Assembly (NCBI GenBank): GCA_964016885.1 | Contig: OZ024743.1 | Location: forward strand, 127,162,001 to 127,226,000 | Length of the DNA stretch: 64,000 nt | From: Eledone cirrhosa | Lineage: Eukaryota | Direction of reading: 5' to 3' | Shown here: positions 24,592-39,541 of the stretch, one piece after another | How the letters are laid out: each line of letters starts with the position of its first letter | Numbering within the stretch: position 1 is the stretch's first letter | Position numbers and translations under genes: made by a program | The notes under the pieces: generated by a model | What the model was told of the DNA's origin: nothing | Seen by the model: the letters and a program-made list of their open reading frames with translations, nothing else | Databases searched by the model: none

Positions 24592-25505
24592 ATCTGGATG
24601 CCATATACAAATGGGCAGAAGAAAACAACATGCAGTTTAATGCTGGCAAATTCCAAGCCCTACAATACAAACCTGCAAACACAAATACAATACAACACAG
24701 TTACGCAGGACCAGGAGGGACCGATATCCCCGTGTCAAAATCGATACGAGACCTGGGTATAGACATGAGCGATGATGCATCTTTTTCCTCACACATCATG
24801 AAAGTGGCGACAATGTGCAGACCATTCGCTGGCTGGATCTTGAGGACTTTCCGGACAAGAGACCGAGACATCATGTTGACACTATGGAGGACATTTGTCC
24901 TAAGCCGCCTGGACTATTGCTCCCAGTTGTGGTCACCCCATAGTGTCAAACTAACCACGGAGCTTGAGGCAATCCAGCGAAGCTATACTAAGAGGATTGC
25001 CACAATGAAGGAGATAAGCTACTGGGAGAGGCTAAAAGAACTGAACCTCTACTCCTTGGAACGAAGACGGGAGAGATACGCAGTGATATACATGTGGAAA
25101 ATCCTGGAGGGGCTAGCACCAAACTTTGGCATTGGGAGCTGGACCAACCGTCGAACAGGGCGTCACTGTGTGGTGCCAAAGGTCCCGTCTTCCACATCTA
25201 GAATAAGGAGCAGATATTGCAATAGCCTAGGATTGAAGGGCCCTCAACTCTTTAACAAGCTGCCGAGGGATCTGAGAGATCTGCATGGTGTGGAGGTGGA
25301 TCTCTTCAAGAAACATCTCGACACCTTGCTATCCAGGATCCCGGATGAGCCCACAGCAAGGCACGAGGAAAACCCAAGGGCAGCAGCAACAAACTCCCTC
25401 TTACACCAGTGGCCAACCAATACACATAAAATGGAGATAAAATGTGTAGCAACAAGAGCGGTGCCCCAGCATGGCCTCAGCCGGATGGCTGGAACAGGTA
25501 AAAGA
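24590..25505 (+). mobile_element. CR1-type LINE, 5'-truncated 3' portion of ORF2
   Basis: [53 protein letters not shown]. Flanked by (TA)n. Confidence 0.88.
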
Positions 25506-25542
25506 GTATATATAAATCTACATATATATATATATATATATA

Positions 25543-25612
<70 letters not shown>

Positions 25613-25815
25613 CATAAATGAAAATAAGATTAATGTAAGCAAAATGCCAACAATAATTCAGGTAAAAATATATATACATATATATATATACATATAATCT
25701 ACATACATACATACGTAAATATATATATACATATAATCTACATACATACATATATATGTATGTAGATTTTTATATATATATATATATATAAATATATATA
25801 AATCTACATACATAC

Positions 25816-26269
<454 letters not shown>

Positions 26270-26271
<2 letters not shown>

Positions 26272-27518
26272 AGACATTCCTGATTAACTTAATTCTTTCA
26301 AAAGTCAGGGGAAACGGTGACGTGGCTATTGCTGTTGCGTCATCTGGCATTGCCGCAACACTGATGCCTGGTGGAAGAACAGCGCATTCTAGGTTCAAAA
26401 TACCGATAGTAGTGAAAGAAAATGGTCTGTGCAACATTGATAAAAATTCAAAGACGGCAAACCTCTTCCAGAATACAAGGCTGATTGTTTGGGATGAGTG
26501 TCTTATGATTCGGAGCGAAAGCTTCGAAGCTGTTGACGTCACTCTGCGTGACATATACGACAACAATGAGGCATTCTGTGGAATTTTGACAATTTGCTGT
26601 GGCGATTTCCGTCAGCTTCTTCCGGTAGTGAAAAGGGGAAATGAAGCGGACGTGGAAAACGCCTGCATTAAAAAATCCTACTTATGGCGAAGCTTCAAAA
26701 GATTTCAGTTGAAGACAAACATGCGATTGGGAGCAGGAGACTATTCACAGTTCCTATTGGATATTGGAGAAGATAAGATAAAAAAAACTGAAAATGAGGA
26801 AATTATTTTGCCAAAAGAAATGGTTCTCCAAGCAACAACTATGGAAGAATGTATTGATTTCATCTACCCCTCATTCGACAATCCAGCTGAAGTGTTTTCG
26901 AATAATTGCATCTTAGTACCTCTCAATGAAATGATGAGAAGCATCAATTCCACCTGTATCAGACGCTTCCCTGGAACCATAAAAGGGTACCGATTCTATA
27001 ATTCTGTGAGTGATGATGCCAATGCCACTCATTTCACGACTGAATTCCTTGATTCGGTTGAACTATCAGGACTGCCACCACATAACCTGGAATTGAAAAA
27101 AGGATCGCCAATAATTCTTATGAGAAACTTGAATCTTCCAAGGCTTTGTAATGGAACGCGCATGATCGTGGAAGAACTGCACGACAATCTCATAGTAGCA
27201 AGAATCAACACTGCCGCTTTCAGATATGAGATCGTTATGATACCTAGAATAAGAATTAATCTATCCGAAGGTGAGGATATCCCTTTGCAGCGAAGCCAAT
27301 TCCCAGTTCAATCGTGCTTCGCTATGGCAATTCATAAAGCACAAGGACAAACTATGGAAAACGTCTTGGTTTATCTGGAACGACCTGTATTCCAACACGG
27401 TCAACTGAATGTAGCCCTTAGCCGCGGAAAACGAAAAGAAAATGTCAGAGTGTTTCTGAAGGATACCCAATCAACTAAGAGTGTTGTCATCAAAAGCATT
27501 CTTTTGAACAAACTGTAA
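26270..27518 (+). mobile_element. Helitron RepHel Pif1-like SF1 helicase domain, 5'-truncated at Walker A
   Basis: KTFLIN, AVASSGIAATL..GGRTAHSRFKIP, IVWDEC, GDFRQLLPV, LMRNL..LCNGTR, FAMAIHKAQGQT, HGQLNVALSR. Confidence 0.92.
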
Positions 27519-27936
27519 CTATGAGAAAATGTTGATTCTAAGGTCAGAAAATGAAAGGAAAAGGAAAAACTAAGATAAGTAAGAAAAATTTATTTCAAAA
27601 TTTTGTAAATAAAACCAGCTTTTCATTAACATTGCAACTTTTTAAGCAGAAAAATCTTTTAGAACAAACAGTCAAGCATCCATAGAGATATAGAAAAAAG
27701 AATTTTGAAGTGGAGTGGATAGCTATTAGTGAAAAATGATTTGATATTTTCTTTGTGAAAATACTTGTGAATAATACAGTGAAAAGACAAGTTTCGCGTA
27801 AAAAGGACCACGGATTCCCGAGATACGCGGGTTTTTTTGGTACCTTTATAAATAGCCAAATAAGCGCATAATGGGAAAATTCTTTGAAAGTAAGGTACCA
27901 TTGACATGTGAATACAAACGCAGATAGTAGTTGTGT

Positions 27937-28009
<73 letters not shown>

Positions 28010-29869
28010 AGAGCTGGTGGTGTTATTGAATGAAATTATGACAGGTGACTTCAAAGAATCGAATACAGCATTACTGTATCTAGCTTGAATTTGGTGCCTG
28101 AATATTAAGTTATATGTATCTTATAACTTGTGTTAGGATATGATGTGTGTGTGTGTGTGTCTGTAACCAGTGTATATAGGCCACAGACACCCACACACAC
28201 AAACACACATATATATACACGTACATATACACATACACGTATATATATATATTGGATTTCCAATGCCATTTAACATTATATACATTTTGTGTATATAATG
28301 TAAAATGCTGTGAGCAGGTGTCCAGGCATGTCTGGTAATTGAGACATTAACCGATAATTGAGATCCTAAAAATGGAAAAATCCACAGTCAACTGGGTCAA
28401 TGACACTTTGAGCGCAGCCAGTTATCTTTCCTTCACCGATAACAATGTATTTCATATCTGAAATTCCGTTACGAGTTAACACTATGTAGATCTATTTTAT
28501 TCACTATTGTATAAATAATATTACAAATATTTTATTCCCTATTGTATAAATAATATTACAAATAAAAAAAAAGAAAAGAAAAAACAGAAGCGAGTAGCAC
28601 ACACATCTAGGACCACATACAACACATAATCAGATAATACACACATCTAGGACCACATAATCAGATAATACACACATCTTTGGAATATTGTTAATCAATT
28701 TTTTAGTAATCTACTGATATAAAAATCAGTAGTATATTGAAAAATAAAAAAATAGAGGGGGGGGGGGGGGCGTTTCGTGATTTCGAGGGACAAAAGGCGG
28801 CGTTTGGCCGAAATGGGTTGAGGACCTTTGATGTAGACCAGTTCCTTTCGAGCAAATGCATGTTCAGAGAGTGGGATTGGCCTCGTGCAAAGCATTTCTT
28901 GACTAAAAAAAGCTCCAAACACAGGTATCGCTTGATATGTGACATTTTTTTGCATGCATGGTATTGCTGCCCATAGGCTAGTCCCTAGCAGGACTAAAAA
29001 GCCACACTCGCGTTGCTAATGCATAAATATCAAGCGATGGCATTACTCGAAATCGAGTTGCAGCCATCATGTACGCATCTCAGGTCACTCCTGAGTGTTA
29101 TTGGTAAAATGTAATTCAGTACAACCTGTCACATGGTCGGGTCGTCGGCAACTAAACCGGCATCCCCAACAAGCGTGCTTGGTGAGGTGGGCGATTTTAG
29201 ACACCCTGTGGGATGAAATACAAAAACAGACAAAGAACGGATGAACTCATAAGAGTCAACGGCCATCCAATACATATGAATATATTGTGTGGCTGTGGGA
29301 ATGAGTGTATGTCAGAGTGTTTTCTTTACATCTTAATCTTTTACATTTTAATATCTCTTATACTTTAATATTTTACATATATCTTAACCTTTTAACCTTT
29401 TACATTTTTTACTTTTTAATCTATGTAAAAACGCCAGTTAATATTTATTTCCCGCATTTAATCTATGTACATACGCCGGATCATAGAAATACTCGGGCTG
29501 GTGTCTGAGGGCGCTGTAAGCTCACTGTGAGTGAGGAATTCCTGGTCTTTGTCAAGGCATCCCTCAAGGAGAAGGTTAACTGGTAGATAAAACCCGCTGT
29601 TCTACTGAGCTGGACATCTTGCAATTTGCTTGTCTCTGGGCTTCTTAGTATTGTCGGTGAGAGTCATTGTGCTGTTGTGCAAGCCACATCCGACTTAAAA
29701 CTCTTGCGTGAGCATTGCTGAACTTAACACCTAATATTTTGTGTTCTTGCCTTTTGAAGTCCACCGGTGATAGGAAGGTGGTGACGCAAACAGGTCTGAC
29801 GGGTTGGAGGTACACAGCTGCCGACCTGTACACAGGTGGCCTTTGGTAAATATAATGTCTCTAGCTCAT

Positions 29870-32627
29870 CGATTTGGGGTAGAGATGACTTTCGGTTGCT
29901 CCAAAGGTGGCTGAGGAATCCTGCTAGGGGTAGCACAGCTCACCAGTCAATCTGGAGGGGTTTAGAAAAGGTGACCCAAACATTGCCTGCTTCTTTAAAT
30001 CCTGATGGTCAGTTTAGCGCGGCTGGCGGATGTCCACTATATGCTCGAAATAACAAAATGCCTAAAAGATTCAATATAAAACTAAGTATATACTGTTGGA
30101 ATGCGAGGACCCTCATTGACAAACCTGAGGATCCTCACTTGCACGAAGAACTGTCTTGATATGTAAATAACTCCCAAAAATATTCTGTCGATATTGTTGC
30201 CCTCTCAGAGACTCGGCTTACTGAAGATTGCCAAATCCAAGAACCTGCTGAGGGTTATACCTTTTTCTAGAAAGCTTGAAGATCTAAGAGAAGCAAGTGT
30301 TGTATTTGCAATTCGTAACACCATAGTATCGGAGCTGTGTGATTTTCCTCATTGTATCACCGATAGAATCATGACACTCTGTTTCAATCTAAGTGAAGAT
30401 AATACACTACCGTGATATCCACCTACCCTCGTGTGTACTGAGGATGACAAGAACTGGTTTTACGAAGCTCTCCAAAATGTATTTCGATCTATTCCCAATT
30501 CCGACAAAATTATCCTTCTTCGTGACTTCAATACCAGAGTTGGCAAGAATTGGCAAGCATAGAGTTGCCTTGGGCGATTTGGTGTGGGTATGGTAAACAA
30601 CAACGGTTTACTCTTGCCCGAACTGAGCACCGAATTTAAGCTGTTTATTTCCAGCATACAATTCTAACACAAAGGCGACCGAGTAACAACATGGATGCAT
30701 CCAAGTTTAAGCAATGACACATGCTGTGCTACGTGATCGTCTGTAAATCCGATGGCATCGCACGAAGTAAAATCTTGCATGTTACGTAAGACATTCGAGC
30801 TTATGAACCGTCTTGGTGTTGCTAAACTCTACTCTCCAGATACACAAGCCATTCTACGGGACAGACTCAGAACAGTAACATATCTAAACTCGTGGAAGGA
30901 AACCTGTGATCAAATATACAATGTGACTAAGGATGTTGTGGGCACAGCTTCCTTCAAATTTCGGGACTGGTTTAGAGAAAATGACCAAGCAATAAGTGCT
31001 ATTCTTGCCACCAAGAACAATATACGTAGCCGCCTCGTGCAGAAAAAATCTGGCTGATGCACAACTTACTCTGCGGAAAATGCAGGACAGCTGGTGATCA
31101 AATCTTATAGCAGATATCCGGGCTGCTGCTGATTAAAAAAATAGCAAAGAGCTATATAACCAAATAAAACAAGCTTTTGGTCCCTCGTGCGGCAAAATCA
31201 CACCTATGAGGACAAACGATAGCAGTAGCCTACACACAACTATGGACAAAATCACCAGTCGATGGAGAGAACACTCTTCAGGTCAGATCTCCTGAACAGA
31301 GATTCTCGTGTGGATGCTGCAGTTCTGGGTACTATAGATCAGCAGCCCATAGTCTACGAAATGGATACACCACTCTCCCTGGAAGAGGTGCGTAACTCCG
31401 TTGCTAAGCTAAATCTTGTAAAAGCAGCTAGATGGCTGGATAAGTCCCAAAGGAATGGAGAGATGATAAAATGATTTCTTTGTACAAGAGCAAAGGTGAC
31501 CTTGAACTTTGTGGAAGCTACAGAAGCATAGCTCTTTTATGTAAAAGATTTTGTCCGGTGTAATCCTGTCTAGACTGAACTCAGATATCTCAGTCAGAGT
31601 TCAAACAGAATCGCAGTATGGCTTTCGAACAAACAGAAGAACCATGGACATGGTATTTACAGTGCACCAAATCCAAGAAAAGTGTGTAGAACAGGTGCTA
31701 ATATCAAGTCTTTGTCGATCTCATAAAGACCTTTGATACGGTCAACAGGGAAGAGTTCTGGGTTGTTTGGGGGAAAGCTGGGCTATCCTCGACACTTCAT
31801 CAACTTGGTCAAATCCTTTCATGATGACATGGAGGCTTCTGTCAATGTTGGAGGCATTATGTCTTCATCGATAAAAGTAGAGATAACTGTGTTAAACAGG
31901 CGGACCTGTTTGCACCAACTTTGTTTTCCATCTTCTTCTATACTGTTCTTAATGCTGCCTTCAAGAACTGTAACCAAGATGTGTATGTGCGATATCGCAG
32001 AACGGGCAAGCTTTTTAAGATACGCCACTTTGCCGCCAAATCAAAAGTCTTTCTAACACTTGTCTGTGATCTCCTGTAACTGATGATTCCGACATGGTCT
32101 CGTGCACTGACACTGATATACAAAATTTCATGGACAGGATGTCCCAGTCGTACAAGGCCTTTGGTCGCAGAATCAGTCAGGATAAAACAGTCGTCATGCT
32201 TCAACCAGCACTAGGCACAACCTATGTGGAACCTTCCATTTACGTCGATGGGAAGAAGATAAAGGTTGTTGACAAATTTACCTACTGTGGTAATACGTTA
32301 AACCGTCACTGCTCCCTCGATGATGAAATATCTCGCCGACAAAAGAAAGCCACTGACGCCTTTTCTGCTCTTCAAGACCGTGTTTGGTCTCAGAAAGGCT
32401 TGAAAAAGAAAACAAATCTAGATGTTTATAATGCCTATGTTCTTATAAGCCTTCTTTACTCTTGTGAGACTTGGGTGGTTTACGGGAAACATTAAAAATT
32501 ATTTGAGCGCTTTCCCCTAAGCTGCCTAATATCAATCTTGGGCATTCACTGGTTCTCGCATATTCCAGACACAGAGGTACCGGAACAAACTGATACACTC
32601 AGTATAGAAGCTTTTATATACATGCGT

Positions 32628-32630
<3 letters not shown>
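29870..32630 (+). mobile_element. RTE (BovB-like) LINE, highly degenerate
   Basis: APE motifs (CWNARTL, DIVALSETRL) and RT motifs (ESQYGFR..RTMDMVF..QIQEKC, FDTVNRE, FTY.G..L, LLYSCETW). Many stops. Followed by (CTA)n. Confidence 0.85.
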
Positions 32631-32670
<40 letters not shown>

Positions 32671-33659
32671 CATAATTCCAACCGCTATCACCCTCACCGT
32701 CGCCACCTCAACCATCACCATTACCACCACTCTTTTGGTTGACTGTATTTTATCGATTGAAGATCAGTGATGTGCATTATCGATTAAATTAAATTCATTT
32801 TGAAAAGCAAACAACGTTAAGTCGATTATTGATGCTACAGTCGATTATTGATGCTACATTATTGATGTTACACGTTCATACCTATGTGTATGCGTAGATA
32901 TACATAACAATGAATACATCCCCACTATTAGTACTATTTTGTTATAAGAATACATAACAGATAGACATCCAACAGAGTTATGTTTTTGCAGCTTGTGAGG
33001 TGAGCAAGGTAAAGGTTATATTTTATGTTGTGGGCGTGCAATTTGCTACGAATACTTTGTGACTGTGTGAAAAGCGAATTAAATTACATACGTACAGGCA
33101 TGCACAACGCTCACACAGATCCTAACACACATCCACATACACGAATCCCCCCCACACACACATTCACAAACACACACACTCATATATAAACATACATATA
33201 CACATCCACAAATATCCACATACATAAATATACGTATCCACAAACACACACACATCCACACACACACTATTACACATACACACAAGCACACACACATATC
33301 CACACACACACACACACATCCAAAATCACACCTACATACACACATGCACCCCCCCCCCCACACACACACCTATTGATAAACACGCTCATTCATACACACA
33401 AACATATACACAACCACAAATATCCTCAAACATAAACATACACATTCACAAACTCACTCATCCGCATGCAAATACGTCCACAATAGCACTGCTAATATCC
33501 GTCATTTCCATGTAAAAATATTAGTTTGTATTCGTAGAAGTGGATTATCTTAAGTTAATCTTTCAATCCGTTACTAATGCCGGCAAGAATTTACGTTTAA
33601 TAAAAGTAATCTTGTTAGAGCAGCTTCTCTTTCAAATCGATCTGCATTAATTAAGTTTT

Positions 33660-34050
33660 AAGGGCGGTGGATTGGCAGTATCGATAGAGTGTCAGAGGCC
33701 ATGCTTTGCAGCATAGAGTTATGGCTCTTTAAGTTCTGAGTTCAAATCCCGCCGAGGTTAACTTTACCTTTCATCCTTATGGGGTCGATAAAATAAAGCA
33801 CCAGTAATGCACTGGGGTAATTACTGGCCTTGTGCCAAAAGTAGAAACAATTATTATAAGGGGTGGGTTGGCAGAATCGGTAGAGCGTCAGACAACATTG
33901 TTAGTGACATAGAGTTACGGCCTTTTACGTTCTGAGTTTCAATCCCGCCGAGGTTAGCTTTGCCTTTCATCCTAATGGGGTCGATAAAATAAAGTACCAG
34001 TAATGTACTGGGCGTAATTGCTGGCCTTGTGCCAAAAGTAGAAGCAATTA
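33660..34050 (+). mobile_element. Two tandem tRNA-derived SINEs (MetaSINE-like central domain)
   Basis: Two ~195-bp units with TGGCAG..TCG.TAGAG A box, GAGTTCAAATCC B box, and CCTTTCATCC...GGGGTCGATAAAATAAAGTACCAG. A fragment also lies at ~17035-17110. Confidence 0.82.
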
Positions 34051-34349
34051 ATTAAGTTTTAGTCTGTAGGCAACTGCAGCCATATGCAATTCTAGAGTAA
34101 GTTATAATAATATACGGTTAGCATTGTTTTGAGAAAGCCGGCAGAACTCAACTTAAAAATAAAAGAGTGAAAACTAATATAGAGTAAAGTAAAAACAAAA
34201 ACAAAAACAATAGTTTACCATTTTACCTTATATTTCATAGTATTTCGGGGTTAAACGCCTTTTTCAAAAGAAAGAAAATTGAGTCATCATCATCACACTC
34301 CTCTTTCTTTGTTTTGTAAAAGGGTTCTTATAATGTGGTGTAGACGGTT

Positions 34350-35995
34350 TGATCATTCATAATATGTACTTGGCAGTAGTGTGGCTGGACCACAAGAATG
34401 TCTTTGATAGTATACCACAGAGGTGGATTATTAAGGCCAAAAGTTAGCCAAAGTCATACAAACACTAGTAGCTGTTATTCAATGCCTGACCAAGACTTGG
34501 TACACCACTTTGCTTTTTAGAGATGATATGAAGCAAAATGTGTCTGATACCATAAACTACCAAACAGGCATCTTGCAGAGTGATAGCTTATCAGTACTGC
34601 TCTTTGTCCTCTGGTTATACCCACTATATTCCCAGCTCAACAAACAGTGGTCATAGAAATGGATCCAGAAATATCTCCCGCCTTTTCTTTGTCGATGATA
34701 TGAAGTAGTATGGGTCAAATATCAATCACATAAAAAAGCAATTGGACCTCATAACTCAATTCTCTATAGACATTAAACCCCTTGTCCTTTCTGCCGAAGA
34801 AATGTGAAGGATACATCATTGGCTAACAGGATAGAAATACGAATTTAACCCATAATTTCTTTGTGGATGACCTGAAACTCTATGCCAAGAACATAAATGG
34901 GATGAAGAAAATCCTCGAGCTGCTTACGACATTCTCAAAGGTTGTGGGAATAGAATTTGACCAGGATAAATGTGCATATATGACTGTAAAACGTGGAAAA
35001 ACTACAAGCCAAGCTAGCAACATTTTGGCCTAATTGTTTCACCGATATCTGACGAGTACCGTTACTCGATGAGAGTATATCCTATGATGGTACCTGTAAC
35101 GAGGAACGCGTAAACAGGGAATATTACACCAGATTAAGAAAAATATGGTCATCTGAAATCTCTGCGCGCAATAAAACAGTGGCTCACAATTGAGCAAGTC
35201 TGTCTACATGAGACAGATAAGATCATAAGAATTGGGAAGGAATTCCTTGAAAAATACTCCCTACATGATAATCAACAACCCACACCCAGGAAAATCGCCC
35301 AGCAATACCGCGGTGAATCCATGGATGAAAAACTGCTTGCTTATCAGCAAAACATCATGCATGGATATGTGGCTAGGAGGCTATATTGGCTCTCACATTG
35401 AAGGATTCACAAAAGAGATAGAGATGCAGGAAAAACTCTTAGATGTGACAACAAATGCAGATTGCAGAATTAATATCGAAGATGTCACCATGTCATAAGC
35501 AGCTGTCCAAAGATGTCATCACGGTACTATCTACCTATGAGGCATGATGTAGTGGCCAAAACACTGTACTATGCAATTCGCAGAAAAGATGGCTCCGACA
35601 ATAAACATATTAAAAGTTACAGCAATGTGGAAGACATATTCATACATAATATGGAAGAGTACTGAGGGAATGTTCCACTCAAAACCCTAATAAAATGCAA
35701 ACATGCACAGTAGTGGAAGTTAGCTGCCTAGCAGATCCAATATAATATTAAAGATCAGCAAAAAGGAGAATATCTATGTAGAACTAATGAGGAATCTACA
35801 GATACTCCACCCAGACTATACCTTTAGATTTATACCTGTGATTATTGGGGCAGTGGGATATGTTAGTAACTGCTTTAGTACAAATCTTGAGAAACTGGGC
35901 TTCACAGAACCAGAAAGAACACGATTAGTTAGGAAATTACAAGTACAATCCATTAATGGAACAGTAAAAATATGTAAAAATTCCAAAAATGCTGC
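34350..35995 (+). mobile_element. R4/Dong-like RLE LINE fragments (two joined pieces), degenerate
   Basis: WLDHKNVFDSIP, GILQSDSLSVLLF, two successive FFVDD motifs (~34690 and ~34860), RYYLPMRHD, YTFRFIPVIIGAVG. Confidence 0.82.
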
Positions 35996-36729
35996 ATCTA
36001 TTAACTGCCTATATATATGTACAGATACAAAACATGCACATACACACATATAACTCAAAACATCCACATCCACACATACAATAACATCCATACCCGCACA
36101 CACACGTACGCATGCAGACATGTAGATATATTTACCTAGTTGATGTTGTCTAAATTCCAATGAAAGATTTTTAAAGTCTATGTTAGAAATCGACTCTCTC
36201 TCTATTGATAAACATTTATAACATTTTGAAACCAGAAGAACGTATACACATGATGGTTGCATCTCGATTTCGAGAATATCATCACTTGATCTTTTTCTCA
36301 CACATAGGAAGCACGGCCATAACTTTTTTCCTCTGCAGCATAACATATTCTGCAAAAGGTAAAAAGCCTTTTTCGGCTTATATATAAAGACCAGGGTCTA
36401 TCTATGCAACGCATGCACTGCATGCCTTACTTTCTTTTTCCAGGATAATAATTTTTGTTATATAAAATTAATTATTGATAATTTTCCCTATCATCATTGT
36501 ACTTAAATTATTTTTTTGGTATTTCTCACTCTTTCATTTCTTAGCGAAATTATTCAAGAAGTGGAACTCGAGAAAGCTGTTTGCTTAGCGAAATAAGGTT
36601 TTTATTAGAAGCGTGAAAGAAAAAAAAACAAAAAACAAAAGACAGAAAGCTAGAGAAAAGTTCTTTTTCCCTTCCAGTGTTTTAGTTTTGTCTTTTTTTT
36701 TCAGTTAATTATTTTATTTTTCCAAATAT

Positions 36730-38800
36730 AATTCATTAGTAGAGAAAAGCAATGAAGAATGACATGATGCTGGCAGAATGGAGAAGGTGTTTTTCCGGAG
36801 GACAGCAAGGGAGACGCGCTGGAAAAGCCACTCCAACTCGCGGGGCTCACACCTGCGGCTGGCCAGCTCAGCGCCTATGGTGGTGAGTAGGGAGGTAGCC
36901 CTAGGGCCAAGGACACCAGAAATCTCCACTGCCAGGGTTACAACCGCAAACCTGTCGGAGAGCGACCTGTATTTGAAGAATTTAGCCTCCTCAGCCCGAC
37001 GTGCACAGAACCCGGGTTAATCTCAGACAGCACTAGGTTGCGGCTGCAAAATGTATCGGTGCAGGTGGCATCCCAGACGAGAGGTTTACCACCGCGGAAC
37101 GGGAAGATGGTCATGCCATCTGGCCTTTTGCCGTCCCCTCGGTCCAGCTCCACCGGCTCGAGCTGGGAAGGGAAGCCTGCAGCCTCCAAGCCATGCTTTA
37201 TGACCTCGTTGAAGGCAGCATGGCGTGGAAGGCGGCCGGCACTGTGGCGACAGGAAAGCGGGTGGAGGCCGAAAGGGTTCATGGTGGATCCGCAGCGACA
37301 TTGGTGTGGCTCGCAGATCCGGAGGCCGAGCCTCAAGGAAACGACAATGTGCAGGCTATTATTGTCTAGCTACGTGCCAGTGGAGAAGGAAGGCAGGGCA
37401 TGGAGCCAGGCACCACTGTGGGGTTTGGAGGCCGCATTAAAACAGGCAAGGGGGTGCTGGTCGAGCTGGCGCGTTAGCCTGTCTGAGGCCAGGCTGCACT
37501 GGATGGCATCCCAAATGCTTTGGGGGGACTTGACGTCAACAGGGGGAGAAGGAGGAGGGACGTCTACTTGGCTGAGTCCCAGCCGGTCCCACGTATCAAA
37601 GGCGGCCTCACGTTCTCTGAACACAGAGGGTTCTATTGTGTTTTGGAGATCCTTGCTGACGAGGACGCGGCACGAGGTTACCGACGAAGATACGCCGCCA
37701 AAGCCAGTGAGATGGAGGACTGGAGGCCAAGGCCGCCATACCTGACAGGTAAAGTGGCCTGTTGCCATCCAATGACGTCAAACTTGACGTTACATATCTC
37801 CTCGGCTGCTTCTCGGATACAAGTATCAAGGTCAGCGAGGAGAGATGTGTGAGTGTAGCACGGAGCGCTGCGAAGTGTATAGAGGAGCTTTGGCATGGCG
37901 AAGAAGTTCCTCAACAGAAAGAGGGCTGGGTGGCCGTCAATCAAGCCCAGTCGGCTCGTGAGAGTCTGGAGTTGTTGAAGCCCGGACCTGATGGTGGAGC
38001 GGATGGCCTGCGGGTGGATCGGTGATCCGAGGATGAGGACAACCTCTTTAGGGGTCACCTGTACCTGGTGGAGAATGGTCCGCACGTCCGAGACGGAGGC
38101 TGCAAAGCTCTCAGCATCGTGGCTGACGTTCACCACCTCTGACTTAGCCGAGTTGACCTGGAGACCCATTCCTGTCAGGGCAGGAACCACAGATTGTAGG
38201 TCATGGCAGACAGTCTGTATGGGCTCGCCCAACGTAGCATAATCCAGATACAAAACATTGAGAGGGGCCGTGATACTCCGGGCGATGTGGTCAAAAAGGA
38301 GGGGTCCCAAAGGGTCATCCTGTTGGACCCAAGTGGCTGAAGATATGACCGTATCAGCAGCGGTGAGGCTAGCCGAAAAGAAGAGGCCTCGGGCGTGAGG
38401 GTCCAGGGTGCCATGGATGAGCCTATTGGTGAGCGGCACAATTGCACTCAGAAGGCGGCGCCCGGCCTCAGCGGAGAGGGAGGATAGGAGCTCCTTGGGG
38501 TGGCCTGGTCGGAGACCATCAACACCTCCGCTGCTGCTAGCTGGGAAGGACTTGGTAGCGGAAATTATGTCTGCATCAGAAGCCACAAGGAGCAAGTGGG
38601 GGGTCGGGTGGGGGTATGGGTCTGAGATCAGTTGGTGGCTCAGGGTGCTTAAGTCGCAGGGCAGCCAGGACCTCCTCGGTGGGCTGGAGGACAGTGGCCT
38701 CTGAGGCAACCACTCTGACTGCGGCCGAGACATCACCCTTGATTAATTTAGCATTTACACGGTCGCGCAAATGCTTAGCGCTAGCCTCAGGGACCGTGCA
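36730..38800 (-). mobile_element. CRE-clade RLE non-LTR retrotransposon, degenerate
   Basis: GVDGLRPGH, VQQDDPLGPLLF, YLD(Y)ATL, QATLPVRYGGLG, SGAWLHALP, RLGL...CRCG...HPLSC..GRLPRH, RPDG..WDAT. Confidence 0.88.
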
Positions 38801-39039
38801 TTCCTCTGCTTAAAAACTCTTAATTTTGTTTGTTACTGTTTGTTTGACATGTTATCTCAACTCAACTCAACTCTTTGTATTTAGTTGTAAAAATGCATTA
38901 CTTGCTTTATGTTTATTTTTGCTATTTGCTTGCTCATGTTTGATTCATTCATGTTCTTGTACCTTTTGTTTTTCTCCTCATGTTCTCGCTACAATGATTT
39001 TCGTTTGGTCATTCGACTTCTCGTCTGAGAGGGGAGTCT

Positions 39040-39350
39040 TGTAGCGCTCTCTAGACAAGGGAAGTAGCTAGAGTTACTTTCCGTCGAAATTCTAGAACCT
39101 TCTTTGCAACTTCCGGTAAAAGGATATAAATAGAGGGAACGAAAATCAATCTTCCTCTGTTCACCTTTTGGCTGCCTGGCCTTGGGTCATGCGTGGTTAC
39201 GCCAAAGGTATACTCTCTTTTGGCGCCTTCTTTCGGATTGACAACACAGGACAGAAGCATGTTAATTTCTCTCTAACCACACATTATAGACCTGGAATAC
39301 TTAATATGTAGGAGAATATTTACTAACCACAATTGTAATATGGAGCTACA
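39040..39350 (+). mobile_element. LTR (TGTAGC...GCTACA) preceded by a polypurine tract
   Basis: GAGAGGGGAG lies just upstream. TATAAATA at ~39125. Shares GAACC..T.TGCAACTTCCGGT with the solo LTRs. No TSD. Confidence 0.7.
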
Positions 39351-39541
39351 ATAAATGAAGATTTAATTTTTGATACTCGTTCCGAGATTCTGCCTACGTT
39401 TTTATCATTACCTTTGTGTTGAGAAATTAACTTTCACTCGGTGTTAAGTAAAATCTCTTATCTTTCCTTTATAAACTTAGTAGTTAGATTCCGGTGGTAT
39501 TTACTCGAGTAAATAACCCCGGGTCTAGCAGCACACTAAAA

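Noticed and set aside
28060-28085. Hairpin plus CTAG as the 3' end of the Helitron helicase element
   Set aside because: The hairpin is AT-rich, directly abuts CTAG and is not followed by T, so it is not the canonical arrangement.
29500-30050. HDV-like ribozyme in the RTE 5' UTR
   Set aside because: Expected for some RTE elements, but I could not assign the nested double pseudoknot.
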